Positions 29,390-32,000 of a DNA stretch of 32,000 bases are shown one piece after another (within the stretch, counting starts at the first letter, position 1; each line of letters begins with the position of its first letter). This stretch comes from an uncultured bacterium (GTDB lineage Bacteria > Patescibacteriota > Gracilibacteria > UBA1369 > PNNO01). A program made the translations under genes and the position numbers. Location: positions 810,001-842,000 of the forward strand of contig OY969931.1 of assembly GCA_963704705.1 (NCBI GenBank). The letters run 5' to 3'. Below the pieces are notes generated by a model. The model made no database searches. It was not told the origin of the DNA and was given only the letters and a program-made list of their open reading frames with translations.

Positions 29390-29443
29390 TTGACAAAGGG
29401 CATAATGAACTATATTTATATCATTTTATACCCTTTTTGTCAA
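29390..29443. promoter_or_regulatory. Inverted repeat TTGACAAAGGG / CCCTTTTTGTCAA, which places a TTGACA -35 box on each strand
   Basis: On the minus strand: TTGACA (29443..29438), N17, TATAAA (29420..29415), pointing at the lipoprotein gene. The same repeat could instead form a long-loop hairpin after the U32 gene. Confidence 0.4.
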
Positions 29444-29467
29444 GCTATCTTATAAGTACATTCGTTC

Positions 29468-30667
29468 TCATAGTTTTATTCGTATTAAAGAGTTGATTGG
29501 AACGTTTTTATCAAATTTGAATGTGCGTTCCCCTGCTCCTCCATGTGCAGAATCAAGGCTCTCACCTTTTTCATCAAAAATATCTTCAATTTTTACTTCG
29601 AATGTTTCGGTTGGAGTGAAAACTTCAACTTTATCGCCTTTTTTAATTCGATTTCGAACTTCAACAAGCCCTTTGTGATCTCTCACAACCCCGATAAATT
29701 TATGACTCTGTTTTGGTTCGTTTTTTTCATAATGGATATCTTCGTTTGTGAAAGTTCCTTTTAAAAAGCCGGGTGAATATCCACGGTTAGCTGTTTTTAG
29801 AAGTTCTGTCATTAAATTTGGATCATACGGCTGGCCCTTAACCATCGCATCAATCGCCCTTCGGTAAACATTAGTAACTGTTGATAGATAGTAGATTGAT
29901 TTGCTTCTGCCTTCAACTTTAAATCCAACAACTCCGGCATCGACAAGTTCGCGAAGATATGGAAGTGCACAAATATCGCGAGAATTAAACAAATAAGTTC
30001 CGTGCTCGTCTTCTTCAATCGGCATAAATTCACCGGGACGCTTTTCTTCTTCAAGATAAGCCGTGTATTTCCAACGGCAACTTTGTGCGCAAATTCCCTG
30101 ATTGGCATCACGATTGGTCATGTATTGTGACATAAGGCATCTTCCTGAATAAGCAACACAAATTGCACCATGAACAAATGCTTCAAGTTCCATTTCCGGT
30201 ACTTTTTCATGGATTTCTTTGATTTCGTTAAGGCTGAGCTCTCGCGGCAAAACAACTCGTTTTGCTCCAAGCTTATGCCAGAACTCAACGTCTTTATAGT
30301 TAACTGAATTCGCCTGCACAGAAATATGAATTTTCGCATCGTGATACTCCTCTTTAATCAAACTAAACACACCGGGATTCGCAACAATAAGTGCATCGGG
30401 CTTAATCTCACTTAAATATTTAATGTGCTGCCTGAACACATCAATTTTTGAATTATGAGGATAAATGTTTACTGTAACATAAACTTTTTTTCCCAGTTTA
30501 TGCGCTTTATCGATCGACTCTTTTAACTTTTCCTTATCAAATTCATTAACGCGGCTTCGCATACTAAAACCGGTTAGGCCCATATACACGACATCAGCAC
30601 CATATTCGAAAGCAAAATCCATTTTTTCCGGAGATCCCCCCGGTACGATTAATTCTGGTTTTAACAT
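29468..30667 (-). CDS. Peptidase U32 family protein (collagenase-like/RlhA-TrhP-type)
   Basis: MLKPELIVPGGSPEKMDFAFEYGADVVYMGLTGFSMRSR... and the Cys-rich ...HGAICVAYSGRCLMSQY...ANQGICAQSCRW... are hallmark U32 motifs. Confidence 0.85.
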   Translation of the reverse strand: MLKPELIVPGGSPEKMDFAFEYGADVVYMGLTGFSMRSRVNEFDKEKLKESIDKAHKLGKKVYVTVNIYPHNSKIDVFRQHIKYLSEIKPDALIVANPGVFSLIKEEYHDAKIHISVQANSVNYKDVEFWHKLGAKRVVLPRELSLNEIKEIHEKVPEMELEAFVHGAICVAYSGRCLMSQYMTNRDANQGICAQSCRWKYTAYLEEEKRPGEFMPIEEDEHGTYLFNSRDICALPYLRELVDAGVVGFKVEGRSKSIYYLSTVTNVYRRAIDAMVKGQPYDPNLMTELLKTANRGYSPGFLKGTFTNEDIHYEKNEPKQSHKFIGVVRDHKGLVEVRNRIKKGDKVEVFTPTETFEVKIEDIFDEKGESLDSAHGGAGERTFKFDKNVPINSLIRIKL

Positions 30668-30726
30668 CTAATTCCAAGTTAAATGCGGAGGTAACTTTAG
30701 CAGAAAACCTTTAAACTGACAAATTT

Positions 30727-30740
30727 CGATCACGGGATCG
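30727..30740. repeat. Hairpin CGATC-acgg-GATCG, a copy of the dispersed CCGGG-hairpin family
   Basis: TTCGATCACGGGATCGG (30725-30741) versus TTCGATACCGGGATCGG (10717-10733). Confidence 0.55.
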
Positions 30741-30862
30741 GCATTGCAAAGTCAGAAAAATTTCACAAGCAAGCCAAAAAACAAAGCTATAAATAACCTC
30801 CGAAAACAACTAATATGTCAACTTTTTAGCAATTCACCTCTTTTTGTGCTATTAAATTAAAT

Positions 30863-32000
30863 ATGAAACATTTCGACTTTATTGTTATCGGTTCGGGAAT
30901 CTCCGGACTCAACTTCTCGCTTAGTGCTTCCAAAAAAGGCAAAGTTTTAATTGTTACAAAAAAGAAAATTATTGAAGGAGCAACAAACTATGCACAGGGC
31001 GGAATCGCTGCGGTTCTCGACCAACTCGACAACTTCCAAAAACACATAAACGATACATTAAAAGCCGGCGCATATCACAACAACAAAAAAGCGGTCGAAT
31101 ATATGGTTACAAACGGACCAAAAGAAATCCAAAAACTTCAAAATATAGGAGTGAATTTCGCTGAAAATCGCACACACAAACTCGAACTGGCCAAAGAAGG
31201 CGGCCACTCTCACAGACGCATAGCCTTTGTTGGCGACAGAACCGGCCACTCAATCGAAAAATCGCTCATAAAAGCCGTGCGCTCAAATCCGAATATCGAA
31301 ATCTGGGAGGATACTTTTGCTGTGGACCTACTCGGTAAGCCGCCCTTACTCGGTAAGACCTGCTATGGCATAACCATCCTAAAAAAAGGCAAACTCCATA
31401 ACATTTACGCGTCTGCGGTAATACTGGCTACGGGCGGGCTTGGACAAATCTATAAATACACAACAAATCCAAAAATTTCAACTGGTGATGGAATTGGAAT
31501 GGCGGCTAGAGCTGGCGCAAAAATGCAGGATCTCGAATTTATTCAGTTTCATCCAACAGCATTAAATGTACCTAGAAAAAACAAATTTCTGCTTTCTGAA
31601 GCGCTACGTGGAGAAGGCGCAAAACTTCTAAACCATAAAGGCGAAAGATTTATAGACGAACTCAAACCCCGTGATATAGTTGCGCGCGCAATTTACCAAG
31701 AATTAAAGTCAGGTCCGGTTTATCTTGATATTTCGCATAAACCCGCAAACGAAATACGCAAAAGATTCCCGCATATTTACAAAGAACTTAAAAAACGCGG
31801 ATTCGATTTAACCCGCCAAAAGATCCCTATATCCCCTGCTGCCCATTATTCTTGCGGCGGTGTAAAAGTTAACCTTAAAGGAGAAACGTCTATTAAAAAT
31901 CTTTATGCCTTCGGTGAAGTTGCTTGTACCGGTGTGCATGGGGCAAACAGACTCGCAAGCAACTCGTTGCTCGAAGCGGTTGTTTTCAGTGAAGTTATAA
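30863..32000 (+). CDS. nadB: L-aspartate oxidase (partial; continues past the window end)
   Basis: ATG at 30863. MKHFDFIVIGSGISGL...ATNYAQGGIAAV...KEGGHSHRRI...ATGG...FIQFHPTAL...RGEGA...CGG... are canonical NadB/FAD-flavoprotein motifs. There is no stop before 32000, which is why it is absent from the ORF track. Confidence 0.9.
   Translation, partial: MKHFDFIVIGSGISGLNFSLSASKKGKVLIVTKKKIIEGATNYAQGGIAAVLDQLDNFQKHINDTLKAGAYHNNKKAVEYMVTNGPKEIQKLQNIGVNFAENRTHKLELAKEGGHSHRRIAFVGDRTGHSIEKSLIKAVRSNPNIEIWEDTFAVDLLGKPPLLGKTCYGITILKKGKLHNIYASAVILATGGLGQIYKYTTNPKISTGDGIGMAARAGAKMQDLEFIQFHPTALNVPRKNKFLLSEALRGEGAKLLNHKGERFIDELKPRDIVARAIYQELKSGPVYLDISHKPANEIRKRFPHIYKELKKRGFDLTRQKIPISPAAHYSCGGVKVNLKGETSIKNLYAFGEVACTGVHGANRLASNSLLEAVVFSEVI

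Noticed and set aside
1-32000. CRISPR arrays, rRNA genes, IS elements/transposases, integrases, prophage structural genes
   Set aside because: I scanned both strands by eye. I found no regularly spaced direct repeats with unique spacers, no rRNA-like conserved blocks, and no ORF with DDE, tyrosine/serine recombinase or RT motifs.
1-32000. Alternative genetic code (UGA recoding, as in some candidate phyla)
   Set aside because: TGA terminates at least two well-aligned genes at the expected C-termini: GT4 at 22620-22622 and aroA-aroK at 28043-28045. The housekeeping genes read through cleanly with the standard code.

Overview
AT-rich bacterial sequence with sigma70-type TTGACA/TATAAT promoters, TAA/TAG/TGA all used as stops, and one tRNA-Lys with an encoded CCA. 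The many small, tightly packed genes suggest an uncultivated small-genome lineage, but that is inference only. All protein family calls come from motifs I recognise by eye; no searches were run.

Layout:
(1) 1-11.4 kb is an accessory region. It holds a partial restriction/methylase-like gene, an unknown 175-aa gene preceded by a promoter and a strongly structured ~290-nt RNA/leader, and a NucS-like PD-(D/E)xK nuclease next to a 46-aa hyper-acidic ORF. It also holds a small GC-richer PD-(D/E)xK-like gene, an SseB-like gene, higBA, an NlpC/P60-like gene, a Tat-signal HExxH protein, an SLH surface protein, and a duplicated 70-aa gene flanking a 104-aa ORF. The plus-strand genes here are separated by recurring intergenic modules: GC-rich CGCTCC/GCTGCGGCTC repeats, CCCGGG-centred hairpins, and an AT-rich TTTAATCAAAATTTAAT box followed by a promoter.
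(2) 11.4-24.1 kb is an envelope/glycan region. It holds an O-antigen-ligase-like/TPR protein, a Cys-bracketed repeat surface protein, tRNA-Lys, three glycosyltransferases and a Wzm/Wzt-type ABC exporter. These are interspersed with radA, tatD and small unknown genes.
(3) 24.2-28.0 kb holds aroF, aroB and an aroA-aroK fusion.
(4) 28.4-29.3 kb is a visibly GC-rich, probably foreign lipoprotein gene made of Myxococcus-type cysteine-rich repeats.
(5) The window ends with a U32 peptidase gene and a partial nadB.

No CRISPR array, rRNA, transposase, integrase or reverse transcriptase was seen. The best second-look candidates are the structured RNA locus at 916-1262, the modular cassette-like repeat architecture, and the GC-rich repeat lipoprotein.
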